Virus record (IMG/VR): IMGVR_UViG_3300035698_014711
Location: 1 to 64,000 of that record
From: a virus
Strand: one strand, 5' to 3'
DNA length: 64,000 nt
Below the pieces are notes generated by a model that made no database searches, was not told the DNA's origin, and saw only the letters and a program-made list of their open reading frames with translations. Below, piece by piece: positions 55,235 to 64,000 of this stretch. The position numbers were made by a program, and so were the translations under genes. Each line of letters opens with the position of its first letter. Positions within the stretch are counted from its first letter, which is position 1.

Positions 55235-55580
55235 TTAGAAGCACACACTTTGCCATCCGAAGAGACAAGTGTGTGCTTGAGTTTTGTTTACTCGTCGGCA
55301 TTCACACTCTGATATGAGCAACTCTTGCGAGGAAGGGCGGTCAGCCGAATACCTTTTAAGCTCAGTTTGCATACTGACGGCAATTTTCCCAAGCCTATCA
55401 GACGACAACAGGGAAAATTTGATGGTTGATGTGTTCATTGCCATCATCGTGACTATAATATTTAGACAGCATTTAGACTTGGCTGTATCATGGTGTAATT
55501 TGTGCCCTAACTGAGCCCAAGGACTATGTCCTTTCTTCAGGTTTGGCTACTCACTTGAGGCTATGCCTCTATGTTAGCAG
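55235..55580 (-). ncRNA. about 340-nt multi-hairpin structured RNA candidate
   Basis: About 10 consecutive hairpins including GCAA tetraloop; no credible ORF. Confidence 0.65.
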
Positions 55581-55584
55581 AATA

Positions 55585-56181
55585 TCAATGTTTGATATAT
55601 TCTACATTAGCTCCTGTCTTAATCTTTGGAGCTCCGTCTATGTGGTGAAACACAAACTGTGTCTCTGAAAACTCTTTAAACAGTCCTTCCCAAATAGGTC
55701 TCCAGTTACCTGTTAACCTTGCAGTTGCTTGCTGATCTCTTTGAGAATGCAGAATAAGATCAGTAGTACTCGTTAAATCAAAGCTAAAAAGAGAATCGAA
55801 TCCATAAAGATGAATTTCTTCTGCTTTGAGTTTATTTGCTACATAATGAGTAGCAACATGTCCACAATTGAAGTCTGTATGATTTGCAGCATAAGGTGGT
55901 AGGTCTGTATAGAAGGCCTTCACTTTTGGAGCAATCTTCATATAAAACTGAGGATGTTTTTCCAGCCAGATCTTTGGTCTCATACCTAAGATCCATTCTC
56001 CTGGAATAATAAGACTTCCTTCTGTGATAGCTTTCATCATCTTGAAATCAACAATTGTTGATGCGTAAGCATTATGAATATCGAAGGGAGCAAGATTGCA
56101 GGTCATTCTAAGACCTATAGTTCTGTTATCAAAAAGGGCACATGATTTGCCGTTGCCGATAATATGTGCTACTTTAGCCAT
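55585..56181 (-). CDS. glycosyltransferase-like protein (IIGNG motif)
   Basis: IIGNGKS, IHLYGFD. Confidence 0.55.
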   Translation of the reverse strand: MAKVAHIIGNGKSCALFDNRTIGLRMTCNLAPFDIHNAYASTIVDFKMMKAITEGSLIIPGEWILGMRPKIWLEKHPQFYMKIAPKVKAFYTDLPPYAANHTDFNCGHVATHYVANKLKAEEIHLYGFDSLFSFDLTSTTDLILHSQRDQQATARLTGNWRPIWEGLFKEFSETQFVFHHIDGAPKIKTGANVEYIKH

Positions 56182-56815
56182 TCATCATTTCTCTTATTTT
56201 GATTTTGCCTTTGGGACCAGTCCAATGCACAATTTTAGCATTCCTGTCAGTTAATCCATCCAAAAAATCCAATCTTAGAAAATTGTATTCGGATGAAACC
56301 TCGTTAATATATATAAGCTTCTGCAGAGGATCTGATAACATTTCTTGTAAAACCTCTTGATCTCCAACTTTATTTTGGCTAATGCATCTTTGGGACCAAA
56401 GCTTGAGAATGGGAGGGTTATGAATAACTCCAACAACCCCTGAGTTATACCAGAGCTCACCTCGGCGGCGACTCCAAGGTCTATCTTGGCACATACTCAA
56501 TTTGCTCTCAAGAAGAAGATCAAACATCTCGTTAAGATTACCCCGAACTTCACAATCAACATCAAGCCAGATCTTCTTATCAGCCTTAATGTCTAATATG
56601 GCTTTAGGCTTATAGAACCAAGCTTTAATGTTTGTATTAATCTTATCTGTAATCTTAATACCATATGCTGCAGCATGATCAATACCTTTTTGACTTAATC
56701 CAAAATCAACAACTTTAATATTAGCAGTAGGATTATGTTTAAAAAAGTTTGAAAGAAACCAAGGAAGCATCCATTCCTGCTGAGCATCACAACCTGTTAT
56801 GAATGTATTAAGCAT
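56174..56815 (-). CDS. GT-A glycosyltransferase (GT8-like)
   Basis: WFYKP, WLDVD, YNSGV, GDQE, IVHWTG. Confidence 0.8.
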   Translation of the reverse strand: MLNTFITGCDAQQEWMLPWFLSNFFKHNPTANIKVVDFGLSQKGIDHAAAYGIKITDKINTNIKAWFYKPKAILDIKADKKIWLDVDCEVRGNLNEMFDLLLESKLSMCQDRPWSRRRGELWYNSGVVGVIHNPPILKLWSQRCISQNKVGDQEVLQEMLSDPLQKLIYINEVSSEYNFLRLDFLDGLTDRNAKIVHWTGPKGKIKIREMMNG

Positions 56816-57008
56816 TTGTAAGCCTTGTGATCATACCTAAGATACTCTGGCATTCTTTTTTTCTGGTATTAGCATCATGTATGTCTGAAACAGAAGCACC
56901 ATGACCGAGACCGGAAAGTGTATATTTGTATTCTAAAAGTAAATCAAATCTATTAATTCTACTAGTAATGTCAGTTTTTATCTTAAGTAGAGTATCAGTA
57001 TCAGTCAT
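56808..57008 (-). CDS. hypothetical protein
   Basis: Coupled ORF. Confidence 0.55.
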   Translation of the reverse strand: MTDTDTLLKIKTDITSRINRFDLLLEYKYTLSGLGHGASVSDIHDANTRKKECQSILGMITRLTNA

Positions 57009-57658
57009 AGTATTTTAAACTCCGCATTATAGTTATGCTTAGCTAAACAGCCTCGTTTATGCTGGATTGAGCTAAAGTTATCTTTTACCTTTACAATCCA
57101 AGGATAGTACTCTTGAACATTAAAATCATTCTTATTAATGAACAGATCAGTTGGAACACCGCCGTCAGCTTGAGCTTTATCAAGAAGTTTTCTTGCACCC
57201 CGGGGTGTAATCATATAAGCATGAGCTCCAGGTAGATAAGTCTTCGAAGTAAGGGTATTAACACCTAAAAGAGAAGGAGTATTAAACTTACCGTAAGAAG
57301 GAGCTCCAATAGAACATATGTCTTTGAAGGGTATTCTATCATAATCTAAAGAACCAGTGAATATGGCATCATGTTCTAGAATTAGGATCTTTTTGTTTGA
57401 TTGGTATGCATACCACCAAAGAGAAACGTGAGAAGCAAATGCAGCAATGCATGGTTCTGTTCTCGAATAGATACTATCTGCTTCAAACTTACTTACTGAA
57501 ATACCATTTACAGCCAAATACTTTCTTGGGTTTTCAGCCGGCGTAAAACCCGGCCAGATTTCAGCAACAATCTTTCCAATGTCTTCAGCACTTTTTAGAC
57601 ATTTCTGCGCTGCAGTCTGAGATTCTTCTTTATCAATAGCAATTATATAAGCTTTCAT
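57005..57658 (-). CDS. glycosyltransferase family 25-like
   Basis: SH..LW, ILILEHDA, GAHAYMITP.GA.KL. Confidence 0.82.
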   Translation of the reverse strand: MKAYIIAIDKEESQTAAQKCLKSAEDIGKIVAEIWPGFTPAENPRKYLAVNGISVSKFEADSIYSRTEPCIAAFASHVSLWWYAYQSNKKILILEHDAIFTGSLDYDRIPFKDICSIGAPSYGKFNTPSLLGVNTLTSKTYLPGAHAYMITPRGARKLLDKAQADGGVPTDLFINKNDFNVQEYYPWIVKVKDNFSSIQHKRGCLAKHNYNAEFKIL

Positions 57659-58368
57659 GATGACGTTGTAGACCTCGTTCTTTGAACTTTTGTGTAATAA
57701 GTTGTAGTGATACCTAGATCTGAAAACATCTGTTGATTCAATAGAGCATCATTAGGCCAAACTCCATGTTCTTTAACAGCAGCAATAGCACTTTTTGCAA
57801 ATCTAGGTTTAATGATATAAGCAGAGTTACCGGCAAGACCTTGAGGAATCATATACTTATCCACAATAGGCGGCCTGATGAATTTCTTTCCTGAAGTCTT
57901 AGCATTTTTGACATGAGCATCATATATTGAGGCTCGTCTTGTAGCACCAATAGGAGAGTTTAGACCTATACATCCGTATTTAGAATCTAGGATCTCTTCA
58001 ATAGGAGGATTCTTAATAAAGAAGGCATCGTGCTCGAGAATCAAGATAGGCTCTTTACTGTCAACAGATACCTGCCAGAGAAAGTAATGGGAAAGGGCAC
58101 AAGCAATCCGAGCATTTAAGTTAACTGTAGGGTATGCTGAAAGTTTCAATCCAGTAGCAATATCAAGTCTTGATCCACTGCTTGGGTATGTCCATTTAAG
58201 CTTTTCTTGTTTCAGCATTGGTTGTGCTTCATCAGCAGTTACCGCGTTCACTGTCATAACAGGAGCTAATTTGGTATTTGATTTAGCAGAAGCAATACAG
58301 TTCTGTGATGCTGTAATAGATATACTATTGAGTGCCAGAGTTATTACGTAAGCTTTAAGAGATTGCAT
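57655..58368 (-). CDS. glycosyltransferase family 25-like
   Basis: CALSHY.LW, ILILEHDA, AYIIKP..A, PND. Confidence 0.82.
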   Translation of the reverse strand: MQSLKAYVITLALNSISITASQNCIASAKSNTKLAPVMTVNAVTADEAQPMLKQEKLKWTYPSSGSRLDIATGLKLSAYPTVNLNARIACALSHYFLWQVSVDSKEPILILEHDAFFIKNPPIEEILDSKYGCIGLNSPIGATRRASIYDAHVKNAKTSGKKFIRPPIVDKYMIPQGLAGNSAYIIKPRFAKSAIAAVKEHGVWPNDALLNQQMFSDLGITTTYYTKVQRTRSTTSS

Positions 58369-58972
58369 AAATCACACTATCTAATTCGCCAGTCTTATTT
58401 GTATTATCATGAATAGTAATATTTGTGTTCTGAATTGCATCATGGAATAAAGCAAACTCTTGTTTATTATAATCAGATGGCCGAGACTTAATCCATTTAT
58501 TCTGCCATTCTGCAAATCCGAATTTATCAATACGGAATACATCCTCAACAAAATATATCCCGTCCTTCTTAAGCATAGGCTTAAAATTCTCATAGGTCTG
58601 TCTATTTGCTTTAGGAGTGTGCTTTCCGTCATCAATTATGAAATCAAAAGAAGGCCATTTTTCATTCTTCATGACATCAGCCCAACCCTTTCTAGTGCTG
58701 TCACCTTTTATATAAGAGAATCTCTCATTGGTATTCAGATCACCAAGTTCTTCAGGCTGCAGTCTTGAGAAAATATCAATTCCATACATATTAGCATTCG
58801 GCATATAGTCTAGAAATGCTCTTGTTGAAGCTCCATGAAATACTCCAATCTCAAGAATGTTGAGCTTTTTATCTGCAACAGGTGCAAAATATTTACTGTA
58901 GATGGTATGATACTGATGCTTTTTAGCTTTATCACATCCATATTTATTAAACAGATCTTTTAGTTCACTCAT
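58355..58972 (-). CDS. class I SAM-dependent (sugar) O-methyltransferase
   Basis: DK..HQY..IY, ILEIGV..GAS, FDFIIDDG.H, GIYFVED. Confidence 0.85.
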   Translation of the reverse strand: MSELKDLFNKYGCDKAKKHQYHTIYSKYFAPVADKKLNILEIGVFHGASTRAFLDYMPNANMYGIDIFSRLQPEELGDLNTNERFSYIKGDSTRKGWADVMKNEKWPSFDFIIDDGKHTPKANRQTYENFKPMLKKDGIYFVEDVFRIDKFGFAEWQNKWIKSRPSDYNKQEFALFHDAIQNTNITIHDNTNKTGELDSVIYAIS

Positions 58973-59651
58973 TCCAATAGTTCCTCTTAGGTCCGCTATC
59001 AAAATCATAACCCCAGTAATCAATATCTTTCTGATACCAGTCTGCTACAATTTGGGTTGTTTCTGGAGTATATAAATCCATATAACTCCCTTTATTTAGG
59101 GCTGTTACATTTCTTGCTCTAGACATCTGAGGAATGTTAAAATATTTGCATATGTCCTCATTGTAATTTTCAAATCTGATAATCTTAGCCATACATTTTA
59201 GACCATTTTTATCAGAAACGTGATCCCAAGCTGGATACCATCCACGAATAGCTCTATGCCACATGAACTCGTTGGCTCCCCATTTATATCTTTCTTCTAG
59301 GAAGGCTTCAAATGATGAAACATCAGCATAAGAATTGGAAACTTTCTTCTCTACTTCTATTACCTTCTTGGCGAAAAAGTATCGAGAAACAACTCTGTCC
59401 CAAGGATTTCTTACAATTGCAAATGCATCATATTGTGATGTATACTGGGTATTTATATCTCTCCATCTGCTGTGTTCATTTCCGTGGTGATCACCAAGCA
59501 TAGTCATGACTGTATTGAGAGAGTTAGTGTAATCGGGGTTCTTATGTAAATGAGCTCCTGCAATAATTATTTTGTCTCTCAGAAATGGAGAATGCCGAAT
59601 AGTCATGCCGCCATTCTTTGGAATATGAATAAAGATCTTTTTATGCAGCAT
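58965..59651 (-). CDS. sulfotransferase family 2
   Basis: FIHIPKNGG, VRNPWDRVVS.Y, WYQKD. Confidence 0.85.
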   Translation of the reverse strand: MLHKKIFIHIPKNGGMTIRHSPFLRDKIIIAGAHLHKNPDYTNSLNTVMTMLGDHHGNEHSRWRDINTQYTSQYDAFAIVRNPWDRVVSRYFFAKKVIEVEKKVSNSYADVSSFEAFLEERYKWGANEFMWHRAIRGWYPAWDHVSDKNGLKCMAKIIRFENYNEDICKYFNIPQMSRARNVTALNKGSYMDLYTPETTQIVADWYQKDIDYWGYDFDSGPKRNYWNE

Positions 59652-59880
59652 GTTTTTGTTTCTCTATTTCATGATTAAAATGTTCTTCTGCGAAGATTCT
59701 GCTCAGTATATGTGATCCATCAGAAGCTCTTCTGATTTCTTTATAATTAAAGTATAATACCGCAGTATCAAATACTGTCCTCATACAGTAGTAATTGCCT
59801 ATTATAGTTTCAGCTGAGTAGCTATCCAATAGAGAATCTCTATGCCAATCAAGTTTCCATGATTTAGATTTTTCAGACAT
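59641..59880 (-). CDS. hypothetical protein
   Basis: Coupled ORF. Confidence 0.55.
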   Translation of the reverse strand: MSEKSKSWKLDWHRDSLLDSYSAETIIGNYYCMRTVFDTAVLYFNYKEIRRASDGSHILSRIFAEEHFNHEIEKQKHAA

Positions 59881-60664
59881 ATTTCATAAGCTCCTTTACG
59901 TTTTCACCTCTTTGGGGCAATTTATCCTTGAGAAAGAAATGCACAAAATGAGCCTTCTTCATCTGATCTTCTCTGATAGCACTATAAAGAGCATTGAATC
60001 TCCAGTCAAGATTCTTGATCTTCAGTCCGTTCTTTTCTTCTGATCTGATCCAAGTATTGAGAAGGGTCTGATCTGTTGACCATTTCCAATTTCCCACTCC
60101 ATCAATAAACGGTTTGAACTCAGGTCTTGAGAGAAATTGTATAGGTGTCTGTCCTCGTAGATAATCATCAACAAGCTTTTGATTCATTACCATAATACCC
60201 ATATTCATAAACTGGGCACCAAAGCTATTCCATTTCCAGTCTACATTTCTAATATTAGAATACTGCATTTTAGAATAGTTCTGAATTTTAGTTTTATATT
60301 GAGAGGTGATAGGCATTTCTCTCTCAACAACTCCTCCAAAGTGATATTCATCAGAAAGCTCATTAAAGATATTTGGAGCTCCAGGTTTAATAAAGACATC
60401 TGAGTCAACTACTGCAACCTGTTTTCTGGTCTTCAGATAAGTAAAGGCATTTTCTTTTTCATATATTGGAAGATATCCTAGTCTCTCCACAGCATCTTTA
60501 GACCTATTTGTAGTAAATGGGTCTGGCCTTACTTTAAGAATAGGAGTTTTTTGAACAGCGTGTTCAATGCCATGCAGCTTACAGTATTGAGCTACAGACT
60601 CTACACAATGATCATAAAGTTTAGATCTTTTTCCAACATAAACTTGATAGATTAGAGTTTTCAT
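59873..60664 (-). CDS. GT-A glycosyltransferase (GT34/GT8-like)
   Basis: VDSDV, NMG, DQTLLN, FN, FVHF. Confidence 0.8.
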   Translation of the reverse strand: MKTLIYQVYVGKRSKLYDHCVESVAQYCKLHGIEHAVQKTPILKVRPDPFTTNRSKDAVERLGYLPIYEKENAFTYLKTRKQVAVVDSDVFIKPGAPNIFNELSDEYHFGGVVEREMPITSQYKTKIQNYSKMQYSNIRNVDWKWNSFGAQFMNMGIMVMNQKLVDDYLRGQTPIQFLSRPEFKPFIDGVGNWKWSTDQTLLNTWIRSEEKNGLKIKNLDWRFNALYSAIREDQMKKAHFVHFFLKDKLPQRGENVKELMKYV

Positions 60665-60666
60665 TA

Positions 60667-60984
60667 TTAATTCTCATCTTCTTCTTGCGTTTCTTCTGTT
60701 TCTCGATGCCCAGCAACACCACTAAGTTTTTCTTGGCCTCTTGACCAAGCTGTTACGCCAAGAATACCGCCCATTGAAACGTGGAATAACCCACCACTCG
60801 AAAGAGTAATAGGTTCCCATTGTTCAACAATAGAAGTATCGTTGGTGATATCTGGATTCTCGAGAAGATAAACTTGGAGTATAGGCCAAAAAATGGGTGC
60901 TATTAGGAAGTCAAACATAACAATAATCATGTAAACCCAACCCATCATAGGCCGCCATTTATTTTGAATCCATGTTTCTTTCAT
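60667..60984 (-). CDS. membrane protein, 3TM-holin-like
   Basis: WRPMMGWVY, hydrophobic helices, LG..AW.RG.EK. Confidence 0.65.
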   Translation of the reverse strand: MKETWIQNKWRPMMGWVYMIIVMFDFLIAPIFWPILQVYLLENPDITNDTSIVEQWEPITLSSGGLFHVSMGGILGVTAWSRGQEKLSGVAGHRETEETQEEDEN

Positions 60985-61212
60985 ATTTGTATTTATAGAG
61001 TTTGAGTGACAGTCTTACAAATTTCTGTGGCTTTATCAAACTCAGCTCTGAACCGATTTCGTTTCATTCCTGAACTCAAAAAGTATTTCATGTTCTGAAT
61101 AGTACCCTGATTCTTACCAGAAAGCTTATATGATCTTACAATCTCTTCAAATTCATTTCTGAGTTTTAAGTAATTAAAAATGTTCATCCGAATCCATATG
61201 CAGACATAATCT

Positions 61213-61587
61213 TCATAGTCTGTTCTTGCTTGCTTGTTCAATTAAAAAGTTGACAGTAGGAGGAATAGGGTAGAAGTACTCGATGATAGAATCACTATTT
61301 ATCTTTGTGAATTTAATACATTTAGTTCCTTCTGGAATACCTGATTGTGCCATAGAATTTCCCATAATACACAAGCCCCAGTCTCGAGGCCAGCCGTCTT
61401 CTGCCTTTTCTTTCAATGAAAGATCCGGTAGAGTTCGAAAGGGCATTGCTCGCTGAATCCAATCATTTGGAGCACCCGCGCGGCTTTGATATCTCTGAAA
61501 TGGCGGCTCAGCCCCGAACTCATTGCCTGTTGCTTCGGCTGCTTCACCAGTACCGGCGCAGAGATCGCATGTATACTTATTAAACAT
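61213..61587 (-). CDS. hypothetical protein
   Basis: ORF with CxxC. Confidence 0.55.
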   Translation of the reverse strand: MFNKYTCDLCAGTGEAAEATGNEFGAEPPFQRYQSRAGAPNDWIQRAMPFRTLPDLSLKEKAEDGWPRDWGLCIMGNSMAQSGIPEGTKCIKFTKINSDSIIEYFYPIPPTVNFLIEQASKNRL

Positions 61588-62056
61588 CGTGATATTCCTC
61601 ATCAGCTAATACATGAAGGTGAGTTTTCATTGTCCAAATTGCATCAGACAGTGCATTGTGTTCTTTTTCATTTGCAAAAGGAGATTTATCAGCACCTACT
61701 TGATCCATAAATTGCTTTAGGTCTCGGCAATACATTGGCCAACCTTTAGGTAGATCCATCATTGTTCCAAAGAGCTGACGTAATACAACCCAATCATAGG
61801 ATGCATAGTAGGCCCAGAACTCTGGATTCGGACCAGCAAATTCAAGAACTTTCTGAGCAATCTCTTTCTTTGGAATTGCATCACCTGTCATAAAGGGAAT
61901 CACATTATCTGTGACCCACTGACTAGCAAGAGAATGATCACAGTCTGAATTTTCCAGATAGAGCTGAGCACCTTTATCATCAATCATACCTATTGAAAGA
62001 AGCTCAATGGTCTTACCATCTTCAATAAACTCTGTATCAAACCAAATTTTACTCAT
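61580..62056 (-). CDS. DEDDh 3'-5' exoribonuclease (Rv2179c-like)
   Basis: FDTEF, YDWV, HNALSDA. Confidence 0.88.
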   Translation of the reverse strand: MSKIWFDTEFIEDGKTIELLSIGMIDDKGAQLYLENSDCDHSLASQWVTDNVIPFMTGDAIPKKEIAQKVLEFAGPNPEFWAYYASYDWVVLRQLFGTMMDLPKGWPMYCRDLKQFMDQVGADKSPFANEKEHNALSDAIWTMKTHLHVLADEEYHDV

Positions 62057-62646
62057 ATGATGTCCTCATAGATCTCTTTCCAATTTGCAACCCTTGTAAC
62101 CATTGGATGTTCATCATTCTTATTATGATCTCCATCCATCAGATAGCAATTCAGGCCAAGATCAACCCCTTGAATAGCATTACTCATATGATCTTCTACC
62201 CAGACACATCCTGTATCTTTATAAGCTTTAAGATAATGTGACTTATTAGCATTCTGATTTATACAAGTCATCTTTTCAAATGCAGTTTTACCAAACAGTC
62301 TTTCACAATTAAATTCTCGAAGCCTTATTGCCATAGGATCATCCCCGAGTTTAGTGATACAATGAAACACAAACCCGTGTTCTTCATGTAGTTTACGGAT
62401 ATATTTAACTGAGTCTCGAAGAGGGCTTAAATAAGCAATACCAGCTGATTCATTAAACATACCGACATAGGTCTGAATCTGTGTGTCAGAAATGTCATTG
62501 TATCTTTGCTCAATCCGATGACCAACATGATCAAAGTGATCTTGATTATAGCCATGCCGAGCTAGAAATTGGGTAAAACCGTAAACCCAATCAGCAAGAA
62601 CTCCATCATAGTCCGTGAGGATTACTTTTTCATTGATATTCATCAT
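62053..62646 (-). CDS. HAD 5'(3')-nucleotidase-like
   Basis: DYDGVL.DW, CIT, K, WVED. Confidence 0.82.
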   Translation of the reverse strand: MMNINEKVILTDYDGVLADWVYGFTQFLARHGYNQDHFDHVGHRIEQRYNDISDTQIQTYVGMFNESAGIAYLSPLRDSVKYIRKLHEEHGFVFHCITKLGDDPMAIRLREFNCERLFGKTAFEKMTCINQNANKSHYLKAYKDTGCVWVEDHMSNAIQGVDLGLNCYLMDGDHNKNDEHPMVTRVANWKEIYEDII

Positions 62647-62914
62647 AAATTCCTTCATAATTGATGTAAATTGGCTCAATTCCTTGAGCTTTATTTCTAA
62701 TACGCTTGGTGCTAATCCAAAAGCTCCAACATTCTTCACAGTGCTCAGAATCATTACAGATTATGTTAATAATCCAAACAAAGTTGATTCTCTGTTCTAT
62801 TTTCCACTGCCAATTTCTAGCAGAAAATGTTTGATTACTTGATCCACCAAGGATCACATTTATCAGAACAGAAATTGCAATTAGTATTCTATAGAGATAA
62901 TGCTTTAATATCAT
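62630..62914 (-). CDS. hypothetical membrane protein
   Basis: NVILGG..QTFSAR..HC motif. Confidence 0.65.
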   Translation of the reverse strand: MILKHYLYRILIAISVLINVILGGSSNQTFSARNWQWKIEQRINFVWIINIICNDSEHCEECWSFWISTKRIRNKAQGIEPIYINYEGIYDEYQ

Positions 62915-63563
62915 CTTCGTAATCTCTTATTCTTGTGATGAGTTTATTCGCCCAATTATCTCTTTTTTCAATAAAGACGCGAGGCGCGTGGTAATCAACG
63001 TCCATAATTATAACAAGTTTGCTGATTGGTATTCCTGTTCTTTCTTCCCACATAATAGAGTATGCAGTCATCTGAAGAAAGTAGTCTTCAATCCATTCTT
63101 TTTTCTTAATCTTTCTGCTGGTCTTAAAATCAATAATAGCAACAGAACCGTTTAGCTCTGCAATTAAATCAACTCGCCCAGCAAGTCTTAGATAATTGGA
63201 ATAGAGAGGAACTTCTTGTGCCCAGATCTCTCCGAGATTTTTATCGAGATATCTGGAAATCTTATTAAAACCTGAACGAGCCATTGGCATCATTTTCGGA
63301 ACAGTCTCATTGTCTAGGTATTTTTCCAAACAATCATGGAGTTCTGTTCCACGGTTGGCAGCAAACCTGCTAATCTTATCAGCTTCTGCATGACCGACTC
63401 GATCACGCCACTCCTGCAGCCATTCCTTATTTCCGTGTCCTAGGACTGTGGTAATAGAAGGGTACTGTTTGCCTTCTGGAGTAGTATATTTTCTACCTTG
63501 AGGTGTAGTTGAGACTTCGAGGTTCTGAATACCAAAGTCTCGAGTGGAATGTATAAATGCCAT
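62889..63563 (-). CDS. PD-(D/E)XK exonuclease
   Basis: YPSITTVL, RGT..H, AGRVD, IIDFKTS, YFLQ..AY; start ATG 63563. Confidence 0.9.
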   Translation of the reverse strand: MAFIHSTRDFGIQNLEVSTTPQGRKYTTPEGKQYPSITTVLGHGNKEWLQEWRDRVGHAEADKISRFAANRGTELHDCLEKYLDNETVPKMMPMARSGFNKISRYLDKNLGEIWAQEVPLYSNYLRLAGRVDLIAELNGSVAIIDFKTSRKIKKKEWIEDYFLQMTAYSIMWEERTGIPISKLVIIMDVDYHAPRVFIEKRDNWANKLITRIRDYEDDIKALSL

Positions 63564-64000
63564 TAAATGATTGTAAGAACAAATAATACAGTTGCAATAA
63601 CAGTAACAATAACAGTAATAACAAAAACCCAAGCAACAAACTTAAATACTTCCGCTGCTGCGAGTGCCGCCAGTGAATTTCCATTAATCATTATATAACT
63701 CCTAAAATGCCAACCAGAACAAAATTACCCAAAATTGCAACAATAGCTACAATTACCGTTTCAACCTTTTCAAATTTACTCATTTTCTTCCTCATAATAC
63801 TTAGAGACAGCAGCTTCCTGCCAGCTCTTCTCATATTTTAGTCTACGAGTGTTTGAATCTACAGTATCTTTGATCCTGTGATCCTGTTGCTGGGCACTTC
63901 GTCGCTGATCTTTACGTCGGTTCTCAGCAGAGCCCCTTGAATATTTAGCCATAACTTCCTTCTTTTGACTAACCTTGATAAGTGCACCTTAACACATCAC

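Noticed and set aside
55235-55514. ORFs 55235..55447 and 55284..55514
   Set aside because: No RBS or recognisable motifs; the dense hairpins favour a non-coding element.
63590-63632. Cys/Tyr-rich N-terminus (CYYCYCYCYC) on the exonuclease
   Set aside because: Out-of-frame reading of a low-complexity hydrophobic small ORF; the exonuclease starts at 63563.

Overview
A 64-kb segment of a large T4-like (myovirus) phage genome, probably infecting an alphaproteobacterium (inferred only from the tRNA-His type). 1-20.8 kb is the late baseplate/tail module: VrlC-like, gp8, gp9, gp7, gp6, gp25, a gp5 split over three genes, gp53, gp48, gp4, gp2, gp54, gp26/gp51 joined by a likely -1 frameshift, and a tape-measure-like gene. 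gp32 and gp33 follow. 23-64 kb is a minus-strand accessory region with about 16 GTTTACA-type early promoters. It carries about 36 tRNA or tRNA-like genes covering all 20 amino acids, RNA-repair genes (RtcB, DRB0094-type ligase, HAD, cyclic-phosphate REC), NAD salvage (Nampt plus Nmnat-Nudix), two T7-0.7-like kinases and a glycan-modification cluster. The most striking unannotated signal is a 28-codon leader ORF containing all 20 amino acids, placed in attenuator geometry (late promoter, RBS, leader, antiterminator, terminator) directly upstream of the tRNA array. Other signals: a four-copy covarying RNA hairpin family beside a 581-aa TerD-like-domain gene, two GIY-YIG homing endonuclease relics abutting CCA-less tRNAs, a ~340-nt highly structured intergenic RNA, and many non-canonical tRNAs. 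All calls were made by eye from motifs; no searches were run.
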